Below are positions 1 through 9,387 of a DNA stretch of 24,000 nucleotides, in pieces. Below the pieces are notes generated by a model, which was not told the origin of the DNA, ran no database searches, and saw only the letters and a list, made by a program, of their open reading frames with translations. Location of the stretch: assembly GCA_038223055.1 (NCBI GenBank), contig JBBRHF010000004.1, positions 24,123-48,122 on the forward strand, read 5' to 3'. Made by a program: the position numbers and the translations under genes. Position 1 is the first letter of the stretch, and each line of letters begins with the position of its first letter. This DNA is from Actinomycetes bacterium (GTDB taxonomy: Bacteria; Actinomycetota; Actinomycetes; JACCUZ01).

Positions 1-2633
<2,633 letters not shown>

Positions 2634-2637
<4 letters not shown>

Positions 2638-3119
2638 GCACGAGCGCCCCCGGACAGGGCCAGTGGAATGCCGCGGGCCAGCGGACTGCGACCATGCCGA
2701 CGGTGACCGACTCGCCTCCCCAGGACCGGCCGGTGACCCGCGCCAAGCCGCGCAAGGCGCGGTTGCTGATGGCGCGGGTCGACCCCTGGTCGGTGATGAA
2801 GCTCTCGTTCCTGCTGTCCATCGCCCTGATGATCGTGGCGCTGGTCGCCGTCGGGGTGCTCTGGTCGGTGCTCGACTCGATGGGCGTGTTCGACTCGGTG
2901 GGAAGCGCTGTCGAGACGGTGACCCGTGAGCGGGACAGCGCCAAGGGGTTCGACATCATGGCCTACATCGGGTTCAAGCAGGTCATGACCGTCACCGTGC
3001 TGCTCGCCGCGGTCAACGTCGTGCTGATGACCGCGCTGGGCACCCTGGGCGCGTTCCTCTACAACCTGGCCGCCAGCCTGGTCGGCGGATTGCACATCAC
3101 CTTCACCGAGGACGTCTGA
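2634..3119 (+). CDS. DUF3566-type membrane protein (positional equivalent of M. tuberculosis Rv0007)
   Basis: GTG at 2634 overlaps the gyrA stop (GTGA). Basic N-terminus, then [36 protein letters not shown] and a second TM near the C-terminus. Sits immediately after gyrA and before tRNA-Ile, as in other actinobacteria. Confidence 0.8.
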
Positions 3120-3161
3120 CTCATGCGGGAAGGGCGGGTGAGATAGTCTGTCGCGGCGCGC

Positions 3162-3235
3162 GGGCCTATAGCTCAGCTGGTTAGAGCGCTGCCCTGATAA
3201 GGCAGAGGTCAGTGGTTCAAATCCACTTAGGCCCA
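3162..3235 (+). tRNA. ileT: tRNA-Ile (anticodon GAT)
   Basis: Cloverleaf folded by hand. Acceptor GGGCCTA/TAGGCCC, D stem GCTC/GAGC, anticodon stem CTGCC/GGCAG with loop CTGATAA, T stem AGTGG/CCACT with loop TTCAAAT, discriminator A. CCA is not encoded. Confidence 0.95.
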
Positions 3236-3261
3236 CTCCCGCGGCTGACCGGAGGCACTGC

Positions 3262-3384
3262 ATGACCAAGAGGATGTTCGTGGCCGCCATGGCCGCCGTC
3301 GGCGGGGCGCTGGCCTATCGCAAGGTGCTCGCCGAGCGCACCGAGTCCGATCTTTGGTCCGAGGCGACCGACCCCATCGACTGA
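3262..3384 (+). CDS. 40-aa small membrane-associated protein with DLW motif (DLW-39-like family)
   Basis: Not in the ORF track because it is under 60 aa. GGAGG at 3251-3255, 6 nt before the ATG at 3262. Translation MTKRMFVAAMAAVGGALAYRKVLAERTESDLWSEATDPID. Third-codon positions are almost all G/C. Lies between tRNA-Ile and tRNA-Ala, where I recall this small actinobacterial family being found. Confidence 0.6.
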   Translation: MTKRMFVAAMAAVGGALAYRKVLAERTESDLWSEATDPID

Positions 3385-3453
3385 GGACCCCACCCGTTCC
3401 GGGCTCGTTCAGCGATTCTTCGGTGGCGTAGCCTGGCTGAGGTTCACCTGCTG

Positions 3454-3526
3454 GGGGACGTGGCGCAACTGGTAGCGCACCGCCTTTGCAAGGCGGGGGT
3501 TGAGGGTTCGAGTCCCTTCGTCTCCA
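3454..3526 (+). tRNA. alaT: tRNA-Ala (anticodon TGC)
   Basis: Acceptor GGGGACG/CGTCTCC including the G3:U70 Ala identity pair. D stem GCGC/GCGC. Anticodon stem CCGCC/GGCGG with loop TTTGCAA. T stem GAGGG/CCCTT with loop TTCGAGT. Discriminator A. Confidence 0.95.
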
Positions 3527-3571
3527 CCCAGGGCGACGGCCCGCAGGCCGCTCGGTGTGCTGGCCGGGAGT

Positions 3572-4231
3572 TCAGCCCGACCGACTCGGCAGCCTCGCGG
3601 TGAGAACGTCGGCGCCGCCGAGGGCGGTGACTCCCATCGAGCCGCTGTCCGAGCGGGACAGGGCGGCGGCGAGCACCAACTTCGCGGTTCCATGAACGTC
3701 GGGCCGGAAACTGCCGGCCGGAACCCGCTTGCCGTCCCGGCGGGCCAGCCAGGCTCCGTAGGTGACGCCCGGGTTCAGCCCGCGTACGTCGAGGGTCACG
3801 GCCGTCCCCCAGCCGCGCTGGTCGAGCACCACCCGGGCAGAGGCGCCAGTCGGACTCGCCAGGCGAACGGTCTCACCGTCGGGCCGCTGCCGGCTCAGCC
3901 CGATCACGAAGCCGGCCCCGGTGAACGCTACGGCGATGACCACGGCTGCGACGGCGAGCAGGGCCCGCCGGTTTCCGGTGGACCAGCGTCGCTGCTGGGC
4001 GATCGCGCCGAGCACGCGGTCCAGTGACGGCGCCGGCAGGCTCGGCGGGGGACCCTCGACGGGCACCGCAACGGCCATCGCCGTCACGACCGGACGCAGC
4101 CGAGCCACCTCATCGGCGCAGCCGGGGCACTGAGCGAGGCCGTGTTCGACCCGGGCCGCTTCCTCGGTCGGCAGGTGCCCCAGCAGATAGGGCCCGAGGT
4201 CCTGCGGGCCCAGCCCGCACTCGTGCGTCAT
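3572..4231 (-). CDS. Membrane anti-sigma factor: zf-HC2-like N-terminus, one TM, RskA-like extracytoplasmic domain
   Basis: Internal ATG at 4231 overlaps the sigma-gene stop (ATGA). MTHECGLGPQDLGPYLLGHL...VEHGLAQCPGCADEV gives a His/Cys cluster with H-x4-C-x2-C spacing. TM is ALLAVAAVVIAVAFTGAGFVIGL. The C-terminal segment GVTYGAWLARRDGKRVPAGSF resembles the anti-sigma-K (RskA) domain. The 341-aa ORF in the track is an upstream over-extension into the sigma gene. Confidence 0.75.
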   Translation of the reverse strand: MTHECGLGPQDLGPYLLGHLPTEEAARVEHGLAQCPGCADEVARLRPVVTAMAVAVPVEGPPPSLPAPSLDRVLGAIAQQRRWSTGNRRALLAVAAVVIAVAFTGAGFVIGLSRQRPDGETVRLASPTGASARVVLDQRGWGTAVTLDVRGLNPGVTYGAWLARRDGKRVPAGSFRPDVHGTAKLVLAAALSRSDSGSMGVTALGGADVLTARLPSRSG

Positions 4232-4770
4232 CCGTCCCACCCCATTTCCTCCAGGGCGAGGCGCAGGGCACGCAGGCCGTAGAACGCGCGGCTTCGGGCG
4301 GTGCCCTCGGGGATCCCGAGATCGGCGGCGACATCGGCGTAGGGCCGACCCCGGTAGTAGGTCTCGACCAGCACCAGTCGGTGATCCTCGCGGATGCGCC
4401 GCAGGGCCTCCTCCATCAGCCACACGTCCAGCGACCGGTCGAAGGCGTCTACCTCTGGCGTGTCGCTCTCCCGACGGGGGGCGGGCAGGGCCCGGCTCGC
4501 CCTGGCGCGGACCTCGTCGATGATGACGTTTCGCAAGATCGCGAACAGCCACGGCCGGACCGGCCGGGCTCGATCGTAGCGGTCGGCTGCGCGCCACGCA
4601 CGCAGGAACGTCTCCTGGACCGCCTCTTCTGCCGTGCCACCGTCACCCAGCGCATGGTTCGCGTAGCCGAAAAGCTCACCCGAGTGGGCCTCCCAGGCGG
4701 CGCGCAGGCCGGTGTCGCCGGAGAGGTCAGGTCCCCTCACCCGGGTGCGCTCCTCGCGTCGTAGCGCCAT
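4228..4770 (-). CDS. ECF (group 4) RNA polymerase sigma-70 family factor
   Basis: Region 2 (EEAVQETFLRAWRAADRYD...PWLFAILRNVIIDEVR) and region 4 HTH (LVETYYRGRPYADVAADLGIPEGTARSRAFYGLRALR). Overlaps the downstream anti-sigma gene by 4 nt. GAGGGGGA lies just upstream of the ATG at 4770. Confidence 0.88.
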   Translation of the reverse strand: MALRREERTRVRGPDLSGDTGLRAAWEAHSGELFGYANHALGDGGTAEEAVQETFLRAWRAADRYDRARPVRPWLFAILRNVIIDEVRARASRALPAPRRESDTPEVDAFDRSLDVWLMEEALRRIREDHRLVLVETYYRGRPYADVAADLGIPEGTARSRAFYGLRALRLALEEMGWDG

Positions 4771-4891
4771 CTATCCCCCTCTGCAATCCCCCTCTGCCGC
4801 TCATGACGGTGCCTGAGGAAGCCTCGGTTGTCCAGGCGAGACGCGTGCCGGATGTTCCGCCGGAGCCAGCCGCGAGATTTCCCCGGGTCTG

Positions 4892-4919
4892 GTGAACGGT
4901 CACCCGACGTCGCCCGTAT
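4892..4919 (+). promoter_or_regulatory. Candidate ECF-type promoter (GTGAAC-N17-CGTAT) for the secreted-protein gene
   Basis: GTGAAC at 4892-4897 and CGTAT at 4915-4919 with a 17-nt spacer. This resembles the generic ECF GGAAC-N16-17-CGT architecture. It lies about 90 nt upstream of the GTG at 5012, in the divergent region shared with the sigma gene. Motif match only. Confidence 0.3.
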
Positions 4920-5011
4920 CCCTGCCGACAAGCAGCGCAGATCTGGCCCGCCGGGCTCTACCTCAGCACGCCTCAACCCCCCGGCATACCTCGACCACGA
5001 AGGAGCAAATA

Positions 5012-5536
5012 GTGCGAAGCAGTCGAAAGAACCTCGGGCTCGTCGCAGCGGGGGTCATGGCCCTCGCGACGTTCTCCGCCTCGCCGGCCCTGGCCGACGG
5101 CGGTCACGAGCACAACAACCTTCTCAAGGCTGACCTCGTCGGGAGCAACCCCGCCCCGGCCAGCCCCACCATCGGCGGCATCGCGCCTGGCGGGGCACCG
5201 TGGGTCAACGCCGAGAGCACGGCCCGGGTCCGTGCGGACGGACAGATCACGGTACGCATCCGCGGCCTGGTCATCCCCACCGCGCCGTTCAACGCCACCA
5301 ACCCGGTCGCCAGCGCCGTCGCCACTCTGGTTTGTGGCAACGCCAAGCCGGCAGCGTCAGCATCCACGGCACCGTTCGCGCTCGACACGGCCGGCAACGG
5401 CCGCACCAAGGACATGATCACGGTCCCCATGCCGTGCATGGACCCGGTCGTTCTGATCCAGCCGGTCAGGAACGGTGCGATCGCGCCGGCCTACATCGCG
5501 GCCACGATGATGGACAGCGATCAAGACGACGACTGA
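5012..5536 (+). CDS. Secreted hypothetical protein (Sec signal peptide, two Cys, acidic C-terminus)
   Basis: GTG at 5012 lies 7 nt after AAGGAG (5000-5005). VRSSRKNLGLVAAGVMALATFSASPALA/DGGHEH is a typical signal peptide. I do not recognise the family. The upstream part of the 214-aa track ORF lacks coding character. Confidence 0.7.
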   Translation: MRSSRKNLGLVAAGVMALATFSASPALADGGHEHNNLLKADLVGSNPAPASPTIGGIAPGGAPWVNAESTARVRADGQITVRIRGLVIPTAPFNATNPVASAVATLVCGNAKPAASASTAPFALDTAGNGRTKDMITVPMPCMDPVVLIQPVRNGAIAPAYIAATMMDSDQDDD

Positions 5537-5587
5537 TCAAGACGACGACTGAGGTCGTCCCCACAGATCGCTGGCCCTGCTAGGAAA

Positions 5588-5620
5588 CCCCCCCGCCCCG
5601 GCAGGGCCGGTGCGGGGGGG
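5588..5620. terminator. GC-rich hairpin between convergent genes (probable bidirectional terminator)
   Basis: CCCCCCCGC CCCGGC AGG GCCGG T GCGGGGGGG: a 9-bp outer stem plus a 5-bp inner stem. It sits between the stop of the secreted-protein gene (5536) and the stop of the minus-strand repeat protein (5680). No clear U-tract. Confidence 0.55.
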
Positions 5621-5679
5621 CGGCAGAGGGGGCATGTCCTCCGGTGGAGGACGCGCCCCCTCTGACTGTCCGGTTGCGC

Positions 5680-6546
5680 TCAGGCCGGGTCGATGCCGTC
5701 CTTGATCCGGCGAGCCTGCTCCGGGTCGATCTCCTCCGTAACCGAGCCGGCGGCGGACGCCGACTCGTCCGCAACATCGGCCAGGGCCTCGTCCGGGCTG
5801 GCACCTGCGGCGTCGGCGGCCAGGGAGTCGGCGGCCAGGGAGTCGGCGGCGAGCAGGTCACTTGCCGATGCCGCTGCCACCGGACTCAAGGGCGCCGACG
5901 CGACCGGACTCGGCACCGGAACGCCCGCAGGGTGCAACGAGCCTGTCCCTGTCGAGGCCGTGGGGCGCCCGATCGGCGAGGCCCATGGCTCGGGCTCGTT
6001 GCCGGTGGACCCCACCCATGCCTTCCAGCCGGCCACGGCCGCCCCGATCACGCCGACGAGCAGGAGCAGTTTCCGGCCCCGACGGCGGTTGGGCTTTGGC
6101 GCCTCGATCTCGCCACGAAGTGCGGCAACCGCGGCCGCGCCCCGGGTCTTGGCCTCCCCGCGGACCGGCTCGCTGGCCGCCAGAGCCGCAGCGACGGCAC
6201 CAGCGACCTTGGGGAGCACGTCTCCCTTGACCTTGCTGACGGCGGGCTCGACCTTGGGTGCTGCCCAGTCCAGGGCCGTTCCGACCCTGGGTGCGGCCCA
6301 GTCGCGGGTGGCCTCGACCCTTGGTGCCGCCCACTCAAGGGTGGCGTCGACCTTGGGTGCGGCCCAGTCGCGGGTGGCCCCGACCCTTGGTGCGGCCCAC
6401 TCCAGGGTGGCGTCGACCCTGGGTGCGGCCCAGTCGCGGGCCTCCGACGCCACCGGAGCGACCCTAGCGTTTGCGCGTCGGGTGGTCCGCCGCGCTTCCT
6501 TGCGTAAAGTCGTCATGCGGGACACAAAAGACCTCCGGGTCACCAT
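5680..6546 (-). CDS. Single-pass membrane protein with six 11-residue WAAP(R/K)V repeats (positional analogue of Rv0008c/cwsA)
   Basis: The minus frame has high GC3 and a plausible composition, whereas the two plus-strand ORFs over the same DNA are Arg/Gly/Pro-rich junk. Repeats read DWAAPRVDATLE/WAAPRVGATRD and so on. RRRGRK is followed by the TM LLLLVGVIGAAVAGWKAWV. The tail is Ala/Ser/Pro-rich with DSLAA x3. The start is uncertain: ATG at 6546, or in-frame GTG at 6525 placed 6 nt after GGAGG. Confidence 0.7.
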   Translation of the reverse strand: MVTRRSFVSRMTTLRKEARRTTRRANARVAPVASEARDWAAPRVDATLEWAAPRVGATRDWAAPKVDATLEWAAPRVEATRDWAAPRVGTALDWAAPKVEPAVSKVKGDVLPKVAGAVAAALAASEPVRGEAKTRGAAAVAALRGEIEAPKPNRRRGRKLLLLVGVIGAAVAGWKAWVGSTGNEPEPWASPIGRPTASTGTGSLHPAGVPVPSPVASAPLSPVAAASASDLLAADSLAADSLAADAAGASPDEALADVADESASAAGSVTEEIDPEQARRIKDGIDPA

Positions 6547-6705
6547 TGAGTGGTCGAGCGAGTATTCACCTCTCCTGCCCCAGCCTTGCCTGCAGGAAAC
6601 CGGAGGTCAACTAGCGGGCGGGTGAGACCTCGATCACCACGGCGGCACCCGCGCCGGCGTGCGAGGATGGCGGTTCCCCACCCGACGTACGAAAGGGCCC
6701 CGCTC

Positions 6706-7236
6706 GTGACCGAGGAGCATTATGCCACGCTCAAAACCAACCGTGGCGACATCGTGATCAAGCTGTTCCCCGACCATGCGCCCAAGACGGTGGCGACCTT
6801 CACCGGGCTGGCTGAGGGGTCCCGGGAGTGGGTCGATCCTCGCACCGGAGCCAAGAGCAACGCCAAGCTCTACGACGGCACGATCTTCCATCGGGTGATC
6901 CGCGGGTTCATGATCCAAGGCGGTGACCCGCTCGGCACCGGCACCGGCGGTCCGGGATTCCGCTTCGCCGATGAATTCCACCCCGAGCTGGTGTTCGACC
7001 GGCCCTACCTGCTCGCGATGGCCAATGCCGGACCGGGGACCAACGGGTCCCAGTTCTTCATCACCGTGGGGCCAACCCCCCACCTCAACCGCAAGCACAC
7101 GATCTTCGGCGAGGTCGCCGACGGCCCCAGCCGCGAGGTGGTGGACGCGATCGCCAGCACCGCGACCGGGCCGATGGACCGGCCCACCGACGACGTCGTC
7201 ATCGCCGCCGTTGAGCTCGAGCGCCGAGAGGCCTGA
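6706..7236 (+). CDS. ppiA: Cyclophilin-type peptidyl-prolyl cis-trans isomerase A
   Basis: YATLKTNRGDIVIKLFPDHAPKTV...FHRVIRGFMIQGGDP...YLLAMANAGPGTNGSQFFITV is near-identical in its motifs to mycobacterial and streptomycete PpiA. GTG at 6706 (GAAAGGG 8 nt upstream) gives an N-terminus the same length as the Streptomyces protein. An alternative ATG at 6667 has no usable spacing to an RBS. Confidence 0.93.
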   Translation: MTEEHYATLKTNRGDIVIKLFPDHAPKTVATFTGLAEGSREWVDPRTGAKSNAKLYDGTIFHRVIRGFMIQGGDPLGTGTGGPGFRFADEFHPELVFDRPYLLAMANAGPGTNGSQFFITVGPTPHLNRKHTIFGEVADGPSREVVDAIASTATGPMDRPTDDVVIAAVELERREA

Positions 7237-7245
7237 CCGACTCAC

Positions 7246-8133
7246 GTGAGCGAACACCCCCCGGCCGGCCGGCCGGACGCCGGAACGCAGGACACCGCCA
7301 CGTGCTACCGCCATCCGGAGCGGGAGGCGCACATCCGCTGCGTTCGGTGCAACCGGCGGATCTGCCCCGACTGCATGATCGATGCCTCGGTCGGCTTCCA
7401 GTGCCCCGAGTGCGTGCGGGAGGGCAGCAAGAACGTCCGCCAGGCCCGTACGACGTTCGGCGGGCGGGTCCTCGATGACGCGGGCTATGTCACCAAGATC
7501 CTGATCGGGCTCAACGTCGTGGCGTTCATCGCGCAGCGAGCGGTGGGCGACAGCCTGCAGCACCAGTTCTGGCTGATCGGCGGCCCTGCCCTGGACCCGC
7601 TGCTGGGCCAGCCCGTGGGCGTGGCCGACGGTGAGTACTACCGGCTGCTCACCGCCGCGTTCTTGCATGGCAGCGTCCTGCACCTGGGCCTGAACATGTA
7701 CGCGTTGTATCTGTTCGGCCCGCTGATCGAGCGCGCCTTCGGCCGGCTGCGCTTCACGGCGATCTACCTGGTGTCGGCCCTCGGGGGCACCGCGGCGTCC
7801 TACGCCTTCAACAGCCCGTTCGGGCCTTCACTCGGCGCCTCGGGCGCGGTCTTCGGACTGATGGGCGCGCTGCTGGTGGTCGGGCGGCGCCTCGGCACCG
7901 ACCCCCGCGCGGTGCTCGCCCTGCTCGCCATCAACTTCGCGTTCGGAGTCTTCGCTCAGGGCAGCATCGATTGGCGCGCCCACGTCGGCGGCCTCGTGGC
8001 CGGCGCCGTGGTCGCGCTGCTGCTGTCCTACGCGCCGAAGGCCGGGCGCAACGCCGTACAGGCCCTCGGGGTCATCGCTGTGCTCGGGGCCATCGCCGCG
8101 CTGGTGGTCTGGCGCACGATCAGCCTCGGCTGA
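7246..8133 (+). CDS. Rhomboid-family intramembrane serine protease with N-terminal Cys-rich zinc ribbon
   Basis: CYRH...CVRCNRRICPDC...FQCPEC zinc-ribbon-like N-terminus. FLHGSVLHLGLNMYALYLFG (H-x4-H-x3-N), catalytic GASGAVFGLMGA and HVGGLVAG motifs. Multiple TMs. Confidence 0.9.
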   Translation: MSEHPPAGRPDAGTQDTATCYRHPEREAHIRCVRCNRRICPDCMIDASVGFQCPECVREGSKNVRQARTTFGGRVLDDAGYVTKILIGLNVVAFIAQRAVGDSLQHQFWLIGGPALDPLLGQPVGVADGEYYRLLTAAFLHGSVLHLGLNMYALYLFGPLIERAFGRLRFTAIYLVSALGGTAASYAFNSPFGPSLGASGAVFGLMGALLVVGRRLGTDPRAVLALLAINFAFGVFAQGSIDWRAHVGGLVAGAVVALLLSYAPKAGRNAVQALGVIAVLGAIAALVVWRTISLG

Positions 8134-8169
8134 CTCGGCTGACTCGGCTGAGCCGGCGGCCGCTGCCCG

Positions 8170-8201
8170 TTGTCCACACTGGGGATAACCGGTGTGGATG
8201 A
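8170..8201. promoter_or_regulatory. Cluster of three DnaA-box-like 9-mers
   Basis: TTGTCCACA at 8170-8178 on the plus strand is a perfect match to the actinobacterial consensus. TTATCCCCA at 8188-8180 on the minus strand matches TTATCCACA at 8/9. TCATCCACA at 8201-8193 on the minus strand matches at 8/9. The 12-bp palindrome ACACAGCTGTGT follows at 8205-8216. Confidence 0.45.
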
Positions 8202-8260
8202 CTTACACAGCTGTGTTTACCCAGGTCCGCGGCGCTGGCCACATGGTGTTGGTACGGCGG

Positions 8261-8512
8261 TCACTTCCAGCGGGTGGACAGTCCGAAACCCACACAGATC
8301 AGTCCGAAGCCGATGGCCATGTTGTAGTTGCCGATGCTGCCGATCGGATAGTCCTGCTGGGTGATGTAGTAGGTCACGACCCAGAGCAGCCCGACGATGA
8401 AGCAGGCAATCATCAGCGGCACGAGCCACCGGGGGCTACCCAGCCGGACTGCGTTGCTCCGCTGCGAGGGCGGGGTGAAGGCGGTTCGGCGGCGGATGGG
8501 GGACTTGGGCAC
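8261..8512 (-). CDS. crgA: Cell division protein CrgA
   Basis: 83 aa with two TMs: PRWLVPLMIACFIVGLLWVVTYY and GNYNMAIGFGLICVGFGLSTRWK, a typical CrgA signature. GTG start at 8512, 7 nt after AAGGAG. Conserved position relative to Rv0011c. Confidence 0.92.
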   Translation of the reverse strand: MPKSPIRRRTAFTPPSQRSNAVRLGSPRWLVPLMIACFIVGLLWVVTYYITQQDYPIGSIGNYNMAIGFGLICVGFGLSTRWK

Positions 8513-8592
8513 GGAGCGACTCCTTTGTGGCGGTCTCGTCGGCTAGCGTAGACCGCATCACCAGCGCAGTCGGACCGATTCGCTCGCCTGCC

Positions 8593-8636
8593 CGACTCCG
8601 TGCCCAAGCAACCCCGACTCCGTGCCCAAGCAACCC
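8593..8636. repeat. Perfect 22-bp tandem direct repeat (2 copies) in the crgA / DUF881 divergent intergenic region
   Basis: CGACTCCGTGCCCAAGCAACCC occurs at 8593-8614 and again at 8615-8636, ending 16 nt before the DUF881 start codon and overlapping its RBS region. Confidence 0.9.
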
Positions 8637-8652
8637 CGTGGAGGTCAGCGCC

Positions 8653-9387
8653 ATGCCGGCCGCACCCGCGCTGTGGCGCCTCGTGGTTCCGATGGTCTTC
8701 GTGCTGGCCGGTGTGCTCTTCGCGGCGAGTGCCGGCGCGGCCAGGGGTGGGGACCTGCGTGGCGGCGCCAGGAGCGACCTGCCGAGCCTGATCCGGGCCG
8801 AGCAACGTCGCGCCGACGGGGACACCCGCCGGGTCGAGGCGCTGCGCGCCGAGGTCGATGCCGGGACCCGGGTCGCCGCCCGGGCCGACGGCCGGGTCGC
8901 GGCGCAAGTCCAGCGCACCGCCGGTCTGCGTTTCGCTGCCGGCATGGGTGCCCTGCGCGGACCCGGGCTCTCCGTCACCCTGAACGACGCTCCCCGTGCG
9001 GCCGACCGGCTGCTGCCCAAGGGGACCACACCTGATGACCTGGTCGTCCACCAGCAGGACGTGCAGGCCGTGGTCAACGCGCTGTGGGCCGGCGGTGCCG
9101 AGGCGATGCAGATCATGGACCAGCGGGTGATCTCGACCTCGGCCGTGCGGTGCGTCGGGAACACCCTGATCCTGCAGGGCCGCGTCTACTCCCCGCCCTA
9201 CGTCGTCGCGGCGATCGGTGACCCCGATCGGCTCGGTGCCGCGCTGAACCGGTCGGAGAACGTGCAGCTGTTCCGCTACTACGCCGACCACGACGGTCTG
9301 ATCTACCGCGTGGCCGACCACGCCGACCTGCGGGTCGCGGGTTACCAGGGGTCGCTTCGCCTGCTGCACGCCCTGGCGGGCGCGTGA
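8653..9387 (+). CDS. DUF881 domain membrane protein (Rv0012-like, division/cell-wall cluster)
   Basis: ATG at 8653 lies 8 nt after GGAGG. N-terminal TM LWRLVVPMVFVLAGVLFAAS. GPGLSVTLND...DLVVHQQDVQAVVNALWAGGAEAM...GNTLILQGRVYSPPYVVAAIGD matches the DUF881 pattern as I recall it. Confidence 0.8.
   Translation: MPAAPALWRLVVPMVFVLAGVLFAASAGAARGGDLRGGARSDLPSLIRAEQRRADGDTRRVEALRAEVDAGTRVAARADGRVAAQVQRTAGLRFAAGMGALRGPGLSVTLNDAPRAADRLLPKGTTPDDLVVHQQDVQAVVNALWAGGAEAMQIMDQRVISTSAVRCVGNTLILQGRVYSPPYVVAAIGDPDRLGAALNRSENVQLFRYYADHDGLIYRVADHADLRVAGYQGSLRLLHALAGA

Noticed and set aside
3454-6550. tRNA-Ala-adjacent genomic island or integrative element
   Set aside because: There is no integrase or recombinase, I could find no direct repeat of the tRNA 3' end downstream, and GC and codon usage match the surroundings. 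It is better described as a lineage-specific but resident module.
5644-6625. Two plus-strand ORFs (287 and 310 aa) opposite the 11-mer repeat protein
   Set aside because: The minus frame has better GC3, Lys/Glu/Asp content, an RBS, a TM with positive-inside flank, and ends at a convergent hairpin. The plus frames are Arg/Gly/Ser-rich and would collide with the ppiA promoter region.
8170-8201. Chromosomal origin (oriC)
   Set aside because: There are only three boxes, no AT-rich unwinding element, and the location is between convergent genes. In this gene order oriC is expected at dnaA-dnaN, upstream of gyrB/gyrA and outside the window. Reported instead as a possible secondary DnaA site.
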